From Collinsella sp. (lineage in GTDB: Bacteria > Actinomycetota > Coriobacteriia > Coriobacteriales > Coriobacteriaceae), in assembly GCA_048484635.1 (NCBI GenBank), contig DBFWDM010000063.1, forward strand, positions 1 to 60,187: a stretch of DNA of 60,187 nucleotides, read 5' to 3'. This document shows positions 28,946-39,204 of the stretch, in pieces. The position numbers and the translations under genes were made by a program. Under the pieces are notes generated by a model. That model was not told the origin of the DNA, made no database searches, and was given only the letters and a program-made list of their open reading frames with translations. How positions within the stretch are numbered: the first letter of the stretch is position 1; every line of letters starts with the position of its first letter.

Positions 28946-31900
28946 CTACCGACGTTTGGTGAACACGGACACGCCGACGATGGCGAGACCGATGACGCCG
29001 GCGGCAACGCCAACAATGGCGAGCGGGTTGGCGCCAGTCTCCTGCTCGGAAGCACTAGAGGGCTTCTTAGCAGTGGTCGTAGAAGCAGCACCCGAATCGG
29101 ACTTGGAATCGGACTTCTTGTCGGACTTGCTGTCCTTCTTGTCAGACTTCTTGTCAGACTTCTTCTCGTCCTTCTTATCGGACTTATCGGAGTCCTTCTT
29201 GTTGGGCTTGTTGTCCTTGGTCTCGGTCTTGGTCGACACCGTCGTCTTGGTCATCGGCTTATGACCCGGAGCGACAGCGCCGCCAGCCTGCTGGCCCTTC
29301 GTGCCGGAGCCGGAACCCGTGCCCGTGCCAGCGCCAGCACCGGAACCGTTGCCAGCGCCACCATTGCCGCCATTGGAGCCAGAACCGCCATTGCCGCCAG
29401 GGTTAACAGCATTCTTGGTCCACTTGGCATACAGCGTCAGATCGGCCGTCACCGGCGTACTGAAGTCATACGCCCGCGTGCAAGCCTCATCGGTGAACCA
29501 ACCGCCGAAAGTGTAGCCATCGCGCGTCGGATCGGCCGGCTTGACCAGCTTGCCGTCGGCCGTAGCAACAAACTTAGTGTCGCAAGCAGACCCGCCGTTG
29601 GAATTAAAGGCAACCGTCCAAGACTCAACGGCCCCGAGCTTGAACAGCGTGCCCGAATCATTGATGTAGTACAGGCTGCCAGATGCATCGGCAATGACCG
29701 GAGAGTCACAGTACTGGTAATGGCCAGCCGCATCATAAATCTGCGTCGCCTCTGCATCACCGAGCGTATAGCGATACACGCCACCACCAGCAGAGTAGTT
29801 GACGTAATCCTTGCTATCCGCGCTGTTAACGGTGAAGTACACATAGGTCTTGCCGCCCTGAACACTCACCAGCGGAGTAGCAGCAATACCGTTGAGGCCA
29901 GCCGGCAGCGCCTTGCCGTCGGCAGCAGCGACCATCGTGGTCTTACCCGTCTTCAGGTTATAGAGAACCAGAGCAGAGCCCGTAGCCGTCTGTCCGCCGA
30001 CAATCAGATTGTCACCAAACACCGCAGGGGCGCTCAGATTATTCGTAAGGCCCAGATCAACCGTCTTCTGTGCACTCAGCACACCCTTCGCCGAAAGCGA
30101 AATCACATGGAGCTTTCCGTCGTGCGTCATCTGATAGAAGGTCGAACCATTGGACGGATCGGCAATGCAATCGGCATTTGCGACAGCGCCGAGCTCCATG
30201 GTCGAAACGACATCGCCCGTCGTCTTATCAATGCACTTAAGCGTACCCGCGCTCGTAGGAACGATGGCATACTTATCCGTCAAAGCCGCACCAGTCCAGT
30301 AATAGCCCTCGGTAGGGTCGATGTTCTGCCAAGAAACTTCGCCCGTGGCAATCTTAATGCGTGCAAAGGAGCCGTTGCCGTAGGTCGCGTTGTAATTCTC
30401 GTCATACGAAATATCGACCGAGCCTACATAGACGTACTCGCCGTCCGAAACGACGGTGCAGGAGCTCTGCGTCAAATCCGTCAAACCAGGCGTCAGCCAC
30501 TTGCAGATCAGCTTGTCTGCAGTAATCGCCTGGACCGCACCGCCGTTGAGCGGAACGATGATAAGGCCATTGGTATAGATCGGACGAGAGGTATAGCTCA
30601 CCTTGGAGGCAAGCGGCGCAGAGGCAACCTTTTTGCCCGTGGACGAATCGATCTTAATGAGCTCGTTCTCGGTCGCGATGTACACAAAGCCGTTAGCAAT
30701 GACAGGCTCGCTGCAGTTGGCATACTGCTGACCAGACTCGGCCTTCCAATCGAAGGCCCACTTAAGACCGGCGGCCTGCGCAGGCGTCTTGGCATCCGTT
30801 ACGGTCGAACCGTTGCCACTGTTGCCGTAGCCGGCCCACTCGGCATCCCAATCAGGAGTCGTCGCACCCGGGTCCACGACAATCTTGTCGGGATCGGGCA
30901 TGGCCGAATCGTCGGTGGTATAGGCAAGTGTGACCTTATCGCCGCTCTTGAGCGTAATCTGATTAGCGCAGAGTAAGGAGGGCTCTCCATTGATATACAG
31001 GTGCCAATATTTGTTGGTCGCACCATCATAGCCGTACGTCTCGTCTTCGAATGGCGAGTTGATGGAATTGAGGAACCAGTACTCACCACTCTGGGAGCCG
31101 TTGTACGTAACGCCCTTGGCCTTCAGAACCGTCTCAATAAGGTTCTGGGCAGTAGAGCCTTCGGGCAGAGAAACGTTGCTTGCCGAGCCCCAGCGAGCAT
31201 TGTTGCCGTTGACATCGGGACCGATAACATCGACAGACCCAAGAACCTGGCCAGGAAGGGCATCGGCGTCAGCACCATACATAAAGGTGACGGCATCGCC
31301 CTCATGGAGCTCGTAGGCACCGGCGCCAACGTCGGCGAACTTGCCATTTACGTAGAAGCGCCAATAGCTATTGGTCGCAGCATCCCAGCCATAGGACTTA
31401 CCATCGAACGGCGAATAAATGCCGTTGAGGAACCAGCCCCAAGACGATTCGCTAGCATCGAGCTTAAGGCCGGTCTGCTCAAGGAGATCCTTGGCAGTGG
31501 AGCCTGCCTTGAGACTCGTCTGGCCCGTCGAAGCCCAAACCTGCTGCTTGCCGTCCTTGTCCTTACCGAGAACCTGAACAGAAGCATGGACAGAATCGGA
31601 GGGCAGCTGGTCGCCCCAGCCACCGTAGAACCACGTAACGGTATCGCCGGCATGGATGGTGACATTGTCCGCCGTATAGTCACTCGACTTGCCGTTGATG
31701 AACAGCTGCCAATAGGTCGAATAATCTTGGGGCGTACCCAGCTCAGCACCGTTGTACTTAAGGCTCAGAATGAAGGAGCCCGCAGCAACGGCGTCAATAT
31801 CATTCGCCTCGAGCGCGGCCTTCGTAAGGTCAAGTGCGCTCGAGCCGGACGTCACCACATACTGCGCGTTATCGACCCAGGTCTGAGTCTTGCCCTGGGC

Positions 31901-32818
31901 ATCGCGACCAATGACGGTCACATTTGCGGCAACCTGGTCCTTAACGACAGGGGACGAGCTACCAGCCGTATAGGCAAACTCAATCTTCTGCCCCTGGGTG
32001 AGCTTGACGCTGCTCGCGCCAACCGAGGAAGACGCGCCGTCGACGAACAGCTGCCAGTAGGCATAGGTCGTGGGATCGTAGGCAAGCGTGCGGCCATCGC
32101 TCGGGGATGTGATGCTTTCGAGGTAGAAACCGTATGCCGTGTTCGGATCGTACTTCGCCTTGAAGCCCGTCTTCTCCTGCAGCTTAATGAAGGCATCCGC
32201 AGCCGTCGCGCCCTCGTCGAGCTTGAGCTGCGTAGGTGCCACCCAGGTCTGAGCCTTGCCGTCGGCATCGGTGCCGATAATCGAGAACGAGACCTCGACC
32301 TGCTTCTTGGCGACATCGCCGGTTTCTGTCGGGTTCTCTGTCTGGACGGCAGTCGCGGCGGCAGATCCTGCTTGGCCAGTGGATGCCGTCGAAGACTGCT
32401 CGCTCGTGGCAGGGCTCTCCCCCGTCGCCGAGCCTTCGTCGCCAGTTGCTGCCTCTGTTGTAGCGGCACTAGCTGCAGGCGCGCTCTCGGAATCCGAAAC
32501 CTCGGTGCCGCTCTGCTCAGCGGCACCGCCCGCAAGCGCAGCGTCCTCGCCCGGCGTCGTAGCCTGAGCCACAGCATCGGCAATGCCCTCGGCGCCCTCG
32601 GCCCACAGCTGAGCCGGCGTGGTGCTGAAGGCCATCGCGAAGGCCAGGAATGCCACCAGGCCGCGCTTGGCTACGCCGCGTGCAATTGCGCCACGGCGAT
32701 GCGAGACGCGCTGGCGCTCATCCTCAAACATATCCATTTGTCCCCCATTGTCTGTACTTGGAGCATTGCCCAGCGGCTGCCCCACGTCATCGCGCATGTT
32801 GCGTTCGAGTTCCCCCAT
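28946..32818 (-). CDS. Cell-surface protein: 4x DUF4430, PQQ-like beta-propeller, Listeria-Bacteroides (InlB B) repeat, sortase-type anchor
   Basis: Four repeats of about 105 aa ending YW...(V/I)(N/D)G...G(D/Q)...Y; FNSNGGS...PTRDGYTFGGW...LYAKW; QETG + hydrophobic helix + KRR; AAGGAGG RBS. Confidence 0.85.
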   Translation of the reverse strand: MGELERNMRDDVGQPLGNAPSTDNGGQMDMFEDERQRVSHRRGAIARGVAKRGLVAFLAFAMAFSTTPAQLWAEGAEGIADAVAQATTPGEDAALAGGAAEQSGTEVSDSESAPAASAATTEAATGDEGSATGESPATSEQSSTASTGQAGSAAATAVQTENPTETGDVAKKQVEVSFSIIGTDADGKAQTWVAPTQLKLDEGATAADAFIKLQEKTGFKAKYDPNTAYGFYLESITSPSDGRTLAYDPTTYAYWQLFVDGASSSVGASSVKLTQGQKIEFAYTAGSSSPVVKDQVAANVTVIGRDAQGKTQTWVDNAQYVVTSGSSALDLTKAALEANDIDAVAAGSFILSLKYNGAELGTPQDYSTYWQLFINGKSSDYTADNVTIHAGDTVTWFYGGWGDQLPSDSVHASVQVLGKDKDGKQQVWASTGQTSLKAGSTAKDLLEQTGLKLDASESSWGWFLNGIYSPFDGKSYGWDAATNSYWRFYVNGKFADVGAGAYELHEGDAVTFMYGADADALPGQVLGSVDVIGPDVNGNNARWGSASNVSLPEGSTAQNLIETVLKAKGVTYNGSQSGEYWFLNSINSPFEDETYGYDGATNKYWHLYINGEPSLLCANQITLKSGDKVTLAYTTDDSAMPDPDKIVVDPGATTPDWDAEWAGYGNSGNGSTVTDAKTPAQAAGLKWAFDWKAESGQQYANCSEPVIANGFVYIATENELIKIDSSTGKKVASAPLASKVSYTSRPIYTNGLIIVPLNGGAVQAITADKLICKWLTPGLTDLTQSSCTVVSDGEYVYVGSVDISYDENYNATYGNGSFARIKIATGEVSWQNIDPTEGYYWTGAALTDKYAIVPTSAGTLKCIDKTTGDVVSTMELGAVANADCIADPSNGSTFYQMTHDGKLHVISLSAKGVLSAQKTVDLGLTNNLSAPAVFGDNLIVGGQTATGSALVLYNLKTGKTTMVAAADGKALPAGLNGIAATPLVSVQGGKTYVYFTVNSADSKDYVNYSAGGGVYRYTLGDAEATQIYDAAGHYQYCDSPVIADASGSLYYINDSGTLFKLGAVESWTVAFNSNGGSACDTKFVATADGKLVKPADPTRDGYTFGGWFTDEACTRAYDFSTPVTADLTLYAKWTKNAVNPGGNGGSGSNGGNGGAGNGSGAGAGTGTGSGSGTKGQQAGGAVAPGHKPMTKTTVSTKTETKDNKPNKKDSDKSDKKDEKKSDKKSDKKDSKSDKKSDSKSDSGAASTTTAKKPSSASEQETGANPLAIVGVAAGVIGLAIVGVSVFTKRR

Positions 32819-32879
32819 CGGGGTCCTCCTTCCCTCCAGAGCCCTATGCACACCGGTGGCAAAAGCCGCAGCCGCATGC

Positions 32880-33053
32880 AAGATGGGAGGCGATCCGACT
32901 TAACCTTAACGGCTCAGGCGCGCCGTCCGATCTGCGACGCGAACATCCTGAGCCAAGAGGAATTACGGTTACTGGTACAGCCGGGGACTTGCACCCCGAT
33001 TCTCCCAAACGCGCAGGAAAACCGCGCGTTCGTGCGTCTCCGCACCACCATCT
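32880..33053 (-). ncRNA. Cobalamin (B12) riboswitch
   Basis: Minus strand GGGAGAATCGGGGTGCAAGTCCCCGGCTGTACCAGTAACCGTAA (B12-element core) and AAGTCGGATCGCCTCCC (B12 box); AGATGG/CCATCT closing stem; about 60 nt upstream of the DUF4430 gene. Confidence 0.85.
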
Positions 33054-33168
33054 AGGCCATCGATTATTACCGTCAAAATGGTATCACGCAAAAGGGCCCC
33101 GCACACAGGCGAAGCCCAAGGTAAAAGCTATTGTTTGCGATAGGAAAATGCGGTGACGGTCGCAGCCT

Positions 33169-34932
33169 CTAGTGTTTGCCGCCGTGGCTGTTGAGCCAGA
33201 TATTGCGGCCCAGCATAAGCGCCAGCACCAGCGCGCTCACGTAGCCCATAAAGCCAATGACCGGGATACCAAACACAACCGGCTCGATGCGTGCGTAGTA
33301 CACCACCGACGAACCGATAAACAGGCCGGCGATAACGATAGCCATCGACATGCGGTCGATAATTCCGCCCAGCTGTCGCAGTGCCTTATCGCTGCTCATG
33401 ATCTGCGTGTTCACCTTAAGCTGGCCGCGCGTAAGCATGCGCGAAGCCAGCCCCAGGTACTCAGCCGCCTCGAGTGAGCCCTTCGCCGCGCGATAGCTGC
33501 TCGCGGCAAGATCGCGCCCCATATCGCGCACACGCGCATAGGTGCTTTTCTCGTTTTTAATGTGCGTTTGGATGATCTGGATCATGTTGACGTTGGGCAT
33601 GTACTCGGTCAGCAAACCCTCGAGCGTCACCATGCCGCGCGCGAACATCGTCACCACGCTCGGCAGCTCAACATCGTTTTTGCGCGCCAGGTTTAACAGC
33701 GAGGTCAAAAACTCGCCGATATCAAGATCCTTCAGGTCAAGGCCCGCAAAGTCAGCCACGATAAAGTCAAGGTCGGACAAAAACGCTGAATGATCGAGCT
33801 CGGCCGAATCGCCACGCGTCACGGCGAAGCGCATGAGCGAATCCTTGAGCTTGGGAACGTCACCCTCGGCCACGGCGAAAATCATGTCCTTTACGATACC
33901 GCGATCGTGACTCGACATGCGTCCGACCATGCCCAAGTCGATAAAGTAAACGATACCGTCCTTGAGAATGATGTTTCCCGCATGCGGGTCGGCATGGAAA
34001 AAGCCGTCGTCGAGCACCTGCGTCGAGTAGTCCTCGACGATCGCGGCACCGATCTTTTCCAAGTCATAGCCCTCGGCCACCAAGCGTTCAGGATCGGCGA
34101 TCGAAATGCCGTCGACGTAATCCATGACCACCACGTGCTCGGTGCACAGGTCCAGATAGGATTTAGGGCACGTCACGCCATGAACGCTCTTATGGAACTC
34201 GTAGAAGTCGTTGAGGTTTTTGGCCTCGGCCAAAAAGTTGGTCTCCTCGCGAAACGAGGTCCACAACTCCTCGACTACGCCGTGCAGGTCAACGAATTGA
34301 TCGGTGTTGACGAACTTGGAAACGATACGCACCACCGAGCGGATGATATCGATGTCCTGCGCCATAACCTGCTGCGCACCGGGGCGCTGCACCTTGACGG
34401 CCACGTCCTCGCCCGTCACCAGACGAGCGCGGTGCACCTGCGCGAGCGATGCGCTACCAAGCGGATTGGGGTCGATCGCATCGAACATCTCCCCCAGGCG
34501 CAGGCCGTATTCTTCTTCCAGACAACTGAGTACGACCTCGTACGGTACGGGCTCCACGTCGGAGCGCAGACGACGCAGCTCGTCGCAAAAGCGTTGCGGC
34601 AGAATCTCGGACCGGTTGGCCAGAATCTGCCCCATCTTGACGAACATGGGGCCGAGTTCCTCGAGCAGGCGGCGCAAACGAACCGGCGTGAGGTTATCCC
34701 ACACGCGGTACTTTTTGACCAGGCGAACAATCTGTCCGATGCGCTCGCGGCGACCCGCCGGCGTGAGCTGGTATTCCTCGTCCGGTGCCATCGCGTCGGG
34801 CTCCTCGGGCACCATATCGACAGCGCGTGGCTTCTTGCGAGCGCCCGAGACGGCAGCGTCGACCTCATCGACAACCGCCGCCTCGTCACCCAGAGGATCT
34901 AGATTGTTGTAATCGGTGGTGGAATCTGCCAT
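33169..34932 (-). CDS. ABC1/UbiB/AarF family atypical kinase
   Basis: KMGQ, GSASLAQVH, VAVKVQRP, FFHADPHAGN and IDLGM motifs; two C-terminal TMs. Confidence 0.92.
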   Translation of the reverse strand: MADSTTDYNNLDPLGDEAAVVDEVDAAVSGARKKPRAVDMVPEEPDAMAPDEEYQLTPAGRRERIGQIVRLVKKYRVWDNLTPVRLRRLLEELGPMFVKMGQILANRSEILPQRFCDELRRLRSDVEPVPYEVVLSCLEEEYGLRLGEMFDAIDPNPLGSASLAQVHRARLVTGEDVAVKVQRPGAQQVMAQDIDIIRSVVRIVSKFVNTDQFVDLHGVVEELWTSFREETNFLAEAKNLNDFYEFHKSVHGVTCPKSYLDLCTEHVVVMDYVDGISIADPERLVAEGYDLEKIGAAIVEDYSTQVLDDGFFHADPHAGNIILKDGIVYFIDLGMVGRMSSHDRGIVKDMIFAVAEGDVPKLKDSLMRFAVTRGDSAELDHSAFLSDLDFIVADFAGLDLKDLDIGEFLTSLLNLARKNDVELPSVVTMFARGMVTLEGLLTEYMPNVNMIQIIQTHIKNEKSTYARVRDMGRDLAASSYRAAKGSLEAAEYLGLASRMLTRGQLKVNTQIMSSDKALRQLGGIIDRMSMAIVIAGLFIGSSVVYYARIEPVVFGIPVIGFMGYVSALVLALMLGRNIWLNSHGGKH

Positions 34933-34940
34933 CTGCGCTG

Positions 34941-35357
34941 CTACTCGGCCTCTTCGGTATCCTTCGCATCGTCGGGCTCAACGGACTCGACGGGCACCGA
35001 GGTCACGTTGTCCTCGACCGAATCGACGATGTCGCGCACATGGGCCAGGAAGGCCGTACGCTCGGGCGCAGTCATAACGCGGACGCGAGCCAGAATGAGC
35101 TCGTCGAGCACGCGTTGGGCCGCGGTCTCGCCCTGCATGCCCAGACGCTCGGTCAGGTCGGAGATGGTACCGCCGGCCTGCTCGAACATGTCGGACACAC
35201 TGCGGGCGATATCGGGGGTGGCGGTGTCCTTGCGGACCTGCTCGCCTTTGGTATTAAGGTCGTCGAGGACCTTCTTGCCGCCTTCGACAGCAACGGCGGC
35301 AGCGCCAAAGCCCACGTTAATGGCACCGTTAACAAGCTGATCGAGTTTCATAACCAT
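34941..35357 (-). CDS. Hypothetical helical protein (phasin-like N-terminus)
   Basis: G-F-G-A-A-A-V-A-V-E...L.TKGE pattern; ends 8 nt upstream of the UbiB start; GGAG RBS. Confidence 0.7.
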   Translation of the reverse strand: MVMKLDQLVNGAINVGFGAAAVAVEGGKKVLDDLNTKGEQVRKDTATPDIARSVSDMFEQAGGTISDLTERLGMQGETAAQRVLDELILARVRVMTAPERTAFLAHVRDIVDSVEDNVTSVPVESVEPDDAKDTEEAE

Positions 35358-35456
35358 GGTTATCTCCAATCACAAACAACTGCATTGGCGTTCTTGTACC
35401 CAAGATTGAGCGAAAGCGACAAAGCGTTTTAGCGCTATTCGATCGATGGGAAATCC

Positions 35457-36980
35457 CTACCTCACGTTGTCATTCATCGCGAAAGAGTTCTTCATGGCGC
35501 AGCTCGTGGTGTAGAGCACCTTGCCCAGCAGGGCATCGGTCTCCACGCGAACACGCTCGGCAAAGGCCTCGTTGGCGCGTGTAAGCTCGGAAGGCACCTC
35601 GGCCTCGGGCAGAGCGGCTACGGCAGCGTCGACGTCATGGATCTGCTTGTGGCCCATGCCACCGATCTTCTCCTGATAATCCTCGACCGCGCGGCCGCAC
35701 TCATGGAAACGGACGTCGGCCAGGGCACCGATCAGGCGGTTGGCCCAGTAGAAGTTTTCGGACGTCACGCGAGCCTGCGTGTCGGCATAGTACTCGGGCA
35801 TGGTCTCGACGTTGGCGTACAGCGGAACCAGCGCGTTAAACGAGTTGGAGCCAAAGGCCATCCACTGCACGGCGCGATAGGCCGGCTGCGCATAGGAACG
35901 CAGCTGCAACACGGCGAGCTGGCTGTTGCGGTTGATGCCGATGGGGCGATAGGCGCCGCGCGTGGCGGGCGTGCCCTTGCTGCCGTAGCAGTCGTACTCC
36001 GTGCCCTGGTAGTGGCTCGAAAGCACGTACTTAATGTCCTCGATGGTCACCTTGCGCTCGGGCACGCGGCTCCAAGGGATGTCGTCGCTCTCGGGCGTGA
36101 AGTCGGCGTCGGGGCCATCCCACACGTCGCTGGGGTTGAGGCAGCGCTGCATGTACCAGGCGCGCGGCGTGTTGTAGACATGGTCGCTGTCGCTGTGCGA
36201 GCCAAAGGCCTCGCGCGGGTTAAAGACGGCAGCCGGGCCGTCGCTCTCGACGCCCAGCGTCAGGTCCAGATGCCACTCGGCCATCCAGGCGCGCAGGTCG
36301 GCGGAGCACATGTGGTCGGCCTGGGCGCCCTCGGCGTCATCCAGGTCAAAGCTGTCGATACCCAATTGGTTGGGCATGGTCACATAGGCGTCATCGGGCA
36401 CACGCTTGGCGATCCAGTGGTGACCGCCGATGGTCTCGAGCCACCAGATCTCGTCCACGTCGCTAAAGGCGATGCCGTTGTTCTCGTAAGTGCCGTAGCG
36501 CTCGAGCAGGTCGCCCAAGATACGCACGCCGTCGCGGGCGGACTTGGCATACGGCAGCACCAGGGTCACCATGTCCTCCTCGCCCAGGCCACCGGGCTGC
36601 GCCGGCACATAGCCGTCCTCACCCTCGTTGCCCTTGGCGGGCACGTAGTCCACGAGCGGATCGGCGCCGCGGACGCGCTCGTTGGTGGTAAGCGTCTCGG
36701 TTGCGGACATGCCCACATTGAGCTCGTTGAAACCGGCCTCGGCCCAGATGCCGTGGCCCGGGACAACATCGGGGACGCTCGTGTAGCGCATGGGGTTATC
36801 GGGCAGCTCAACGGTCAGGTGACTCAGGACGCTCGTGTAGACGCGCGGCTGCTCGTCGGGATGCACTACGCGCATGCGCTTGGGCTCAAACACCCCGTTG
36901 GACGAGTCCTCGTTACGCGCGACAAGCGTCGACCCGTCGTAGCTCGCGTTCTTACCAACCAAAATCGTTGTGCACGGCAT
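35457..36980 (-). CDS. C69 family dipeptidase (PepD-like)
   Basis: N-terminal (M)PCTTILVGKNASYDGS..ARNED Ntn-hydrolase start, MSATET, HYQ.T. Confidence 0.93.
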   Translation of the reverse strand: MPCTTILVGKNASYDGSTLVARNEDSSNGVFEPKRMRVVHPDEQPRVYTSVLSHLTVELPDNPMRYTSVPDVVPGHGIWAEAGFNELNVGMSATETLTTNERVRGADPLVDYVPAKGNEGEDGYVPAQPGGLGEEDMVTLVLPYAKSARDGVRILGDLLERYGTYENNGIAFSDVDEIWWLETIGGHHWIAKRVPDDAYVTMPNQLGIDSFDLDDAEGAQADHMCSADLRAWMAEWHLDLTLGVESDGPAAVFNPREAFGSHSDSDHVYNTPRAWYMQRCLNPSDVWDGPDADFTPESDDIPWSRVPERKVTIEDIKYVLSSHYQGTEYDCYGSKGTPATRGAYRPIGINRNSQLAVLQLRSYAQPAYRAVQWMAFGSNSFNALVPLYANVETMPEYYADTQARVTSENFYWANRLIGALADVRFHECGRAVEDYQEKIGGMGHKQIHDVDAAVAALPEAEVPSELTRANEAFAERVRVETDALLGKVLYTTSCAMKNSFAMNDNVR

Positions 36981-37063
36981 GCGCATCCTCCTTGAGCGAA
37001 GAAATCAAACGGCAACAGTGTATCGCTTCGACGCAAAAAGGGCGAAACCACGGCCTCGGCAGC

Positions 37064-37301
37064 CCCCGTGGTCAAAAAATGCCAAATATGAGTACTGTCA
37101 CAAATTTAGTGGCAGCAAATTGCACTGTTCCGGGCGCCGGGAATCCTCACCTGTCCAAAAACTGAGTCTAGTAATTCCCCATACGTCCAATAAAATTGGC
37201 TCTTTAACGATATTACTTATCGCTAAAGAGCCAAAATGATCTCAAACATATGTGACTAACTTGGCAACAGTACTCATATTTGGCATTTTTTGACCACGGG
37301 G
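37064..37301. mobile_element. 238-bp MITE-like element with 35-bp perfect terminal inverted repeats
   Basis: CCCCGTGGTCAAAAAATGCCAAATATGAGTACTGT (37064-37098) is the exact reverse complement of 37267-37301; AT-rich noncoding interior. Confidence 0.65.
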
Positions 37302-37335
37302 TATCTAACCAACCCCCTAAACAGCCTCCAAACGC

Positions 37336-38190
37336 CTATTTTACCGCGCGCTCAGCCGCCTCGATCACGTGCTTGGCGAGAATTGCTGTCGTCACGGCAC
37401 CCACGCCACCCGGCACGGGGGTGATTGCGCCAACAACCGGCTCCGCGGCATCAAAATCGACGTCGCCGACCAGCTTGCCAGCGGCTTCGTCCCAATTAAT
37501 GCCAACATCGATAATCGCCTGGTCCTCGCGGACCGCATCTGCGCCAATCGTGCGCGCGCGTCCAACGGCGGCAACCACAATGTCGGCAGCACAGCACTCG
37601 GCGGCAAGATCGCGCGTATGCGTATGGCACGTCGTCACGGTTGCGTTGCGCGCCGTAAGCATGGCGGCAACGGGGCGGCCAATTACCAGTGAGCGTCCGA
37701 CCACGGCAACTTTGGCGCCGTCCAGCTCAACGCCGTAATGATCCAGCAAAGCAAGCACGGCTTCAGCTGTGCAGGGGGCAAAACCCTCGCCGCGCCCCGA
37801 AAGCGTGGTGAGCAGCGAAGCCGGCGTCATGGAGTCAACGTCCTTGGCGGGATCGAGCGCTGCGGCGACGGCGTTCTCGTCAAGGCCGGCGGGCAGCGGG
37901 CGAAACATCAGACAGCCATGAACAGCCGAGTCGGCATTGATGTCCTCGATGGCCGTCAACAGCTCGTCTTGCGAAACACCGGCAGGAAGCAACACGCGAC
38001 GCGCCTCGATGCCAACCTTTTCGCAGCGTTTAAGGGCGCCGCGCTCGTAGGATAGGTCGTCCTCGCGTTCACCCACACGCACGATAGCAAGCGTCGGAAC
38101 AACACCGCGTTCGCGCAGCGCAGCGCAGCGGGCAGCGAGCTCCTCAGTCAAAGCGCGGGCGACGGGAGCACCCTTCAGTAGCTCAGCCAT
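37336..38190 (-). CDS. folD: Methylene-THF dehydrogenase/cyclohydrolase
   Basis: KDVD, PCT, GRSLVIGRP, DVGIN and TPVPGGVG motifs. Confidence 0.93.
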   Translation of the reverse strand: MAELLKGAPVARALTEELAARCAALRERGVVPTLAIVRVGEREDDLSYERGALKRCEKVGIEARRVLLPAGVSQDELLTAIEDINADSAVHGCLMFRPLPAGLDENAVAAALDPAKDVDSMTPASLLTTLSGRGEGFAPCTAEAVLALLDHYGVELDGAKVAVVGRSLVIGRPVAAMLTARNATVTTCHTHTRDLAAECCAADIVVAAVGRARTIGADAVREDQAIIDVGINWDEAAGKLVGDVDFDAAEPVVGAITPVPGGVGAVTTAILAKHVIEAAERAVK

Positions 38191-38192
38191 GG

Positions 38193-38825
38193 CTATCCCC
38201 TCTTTCTTGCAGCGTCGGAGGCGCGGCGCGCCAGCGCATCGGCGCGCGGCAACCATGTGTCGAGCAACTCATCACACGCCGTCTCGAGCTCCTCGGCGCG
38301 TGCACGATCCTTCATAGACGTGGTGTTCGCAAAGAGCGTCAAGCTCGCGCCCTGCATGGCGGCGCGGCAGAATACGGCGCCGCACGCCACATCGGACAGC
38401 AGCTGACGCGAACCCTTGTCGGCCATGTCCTCGAGCAGCGCCAGTGCGCGCCCGCAGGCATCCATAATGCGATACGGCGGCATAGCGGCCACATGCAGCG
38501 CATCCTGAATCGCAGCCGGTCGGGCCGGGTCCTCACGCGGAATACCGTACGCAGCGGACACCTGGCCGTACGCACGAACGTCCTCGGCGACCAGACCCAC
38601 AAGCTCCTGCGCCAACTCGTCTGCCTGGGCAAACGCACGCGTCAGGTCATCCGCACGATCAGCAAGCGCGGGATTGGTCGCACCGTAGCGGGCAACCATT
38701 CCGCACAGCGAGGCGCCCAGCGCGCCCACAAAAGCGCTCGCGCTGCCACCACCGGGAACTGGCTCGCGCGCGGCCAGCGCCTCGGCAAAACCGCGACAGG
38801 TTTTATCCATCATCTCTTGGCTCAT
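38193..38825 (-). CDS. fchA: Methenyl-THF cyclohydrolase / cyclodeaminase family (FTCD_C)
   Basis: P.PGGGSASA..GALGA.L..MV and LLSD motifs; ends 2 nt upstream of the folD start. Confidence 0.85.
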   Translation of the reverse strand: MSQEMMDKTCRGFAEALAAREPVPGGGSASAFVGALGASLCGMVARYGATNPALADRADDLTRAFAQADELAQELVGLVAEDVRAYGQVSAAYGIPREDPARPAAIQDALHVAAMPPYRIMDACGRALALLEDMADKGSRQLLSDVACGAVFCRAAMQGASLTLFANTTSMKDRARAEELETACDELLDTWLPRADALARRASDAARKRG

Positions 38826-39204
38826 ACGCACACGCACCTTCAAGTCATATATATCGGTCGGGCGGCCGACGTCGGCCGACCGCATCGATCACGTAATGGT
38901 GCTAAGTCTAGCCCATAAGTACGCGAGCGTCAGCGCACCTGGCCATCGCGGATTTCTATGGCACACGATAGGCCATGTCAACGCAAACATGGGACACATG
39001 GCCCACCTTTCGAGACTCCCGAGCAGCACAAGCTGGGGCATATCTATAAGTAAGGAACCCGTTGGGGAACGGCCGCGCAACGGCCACAAGCGATGAACGG
39101 AGGCATAAGTCGCACAGTACACAGAGACATCCGCCGCCAGCGCAATCAGTACCCCAACAGCATGCGGCGCCGTGATGTCATCAGCAGACAAGGAGGACGC
39201 CACC

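Noticed and set aside
29090..29400. Short tandem DNA repeats (KSD- and G-rich); similarly 48250-48345
   Set aside because: In-frame low-complexity linkers or 7-aa repeats within proteins, not independent elements.
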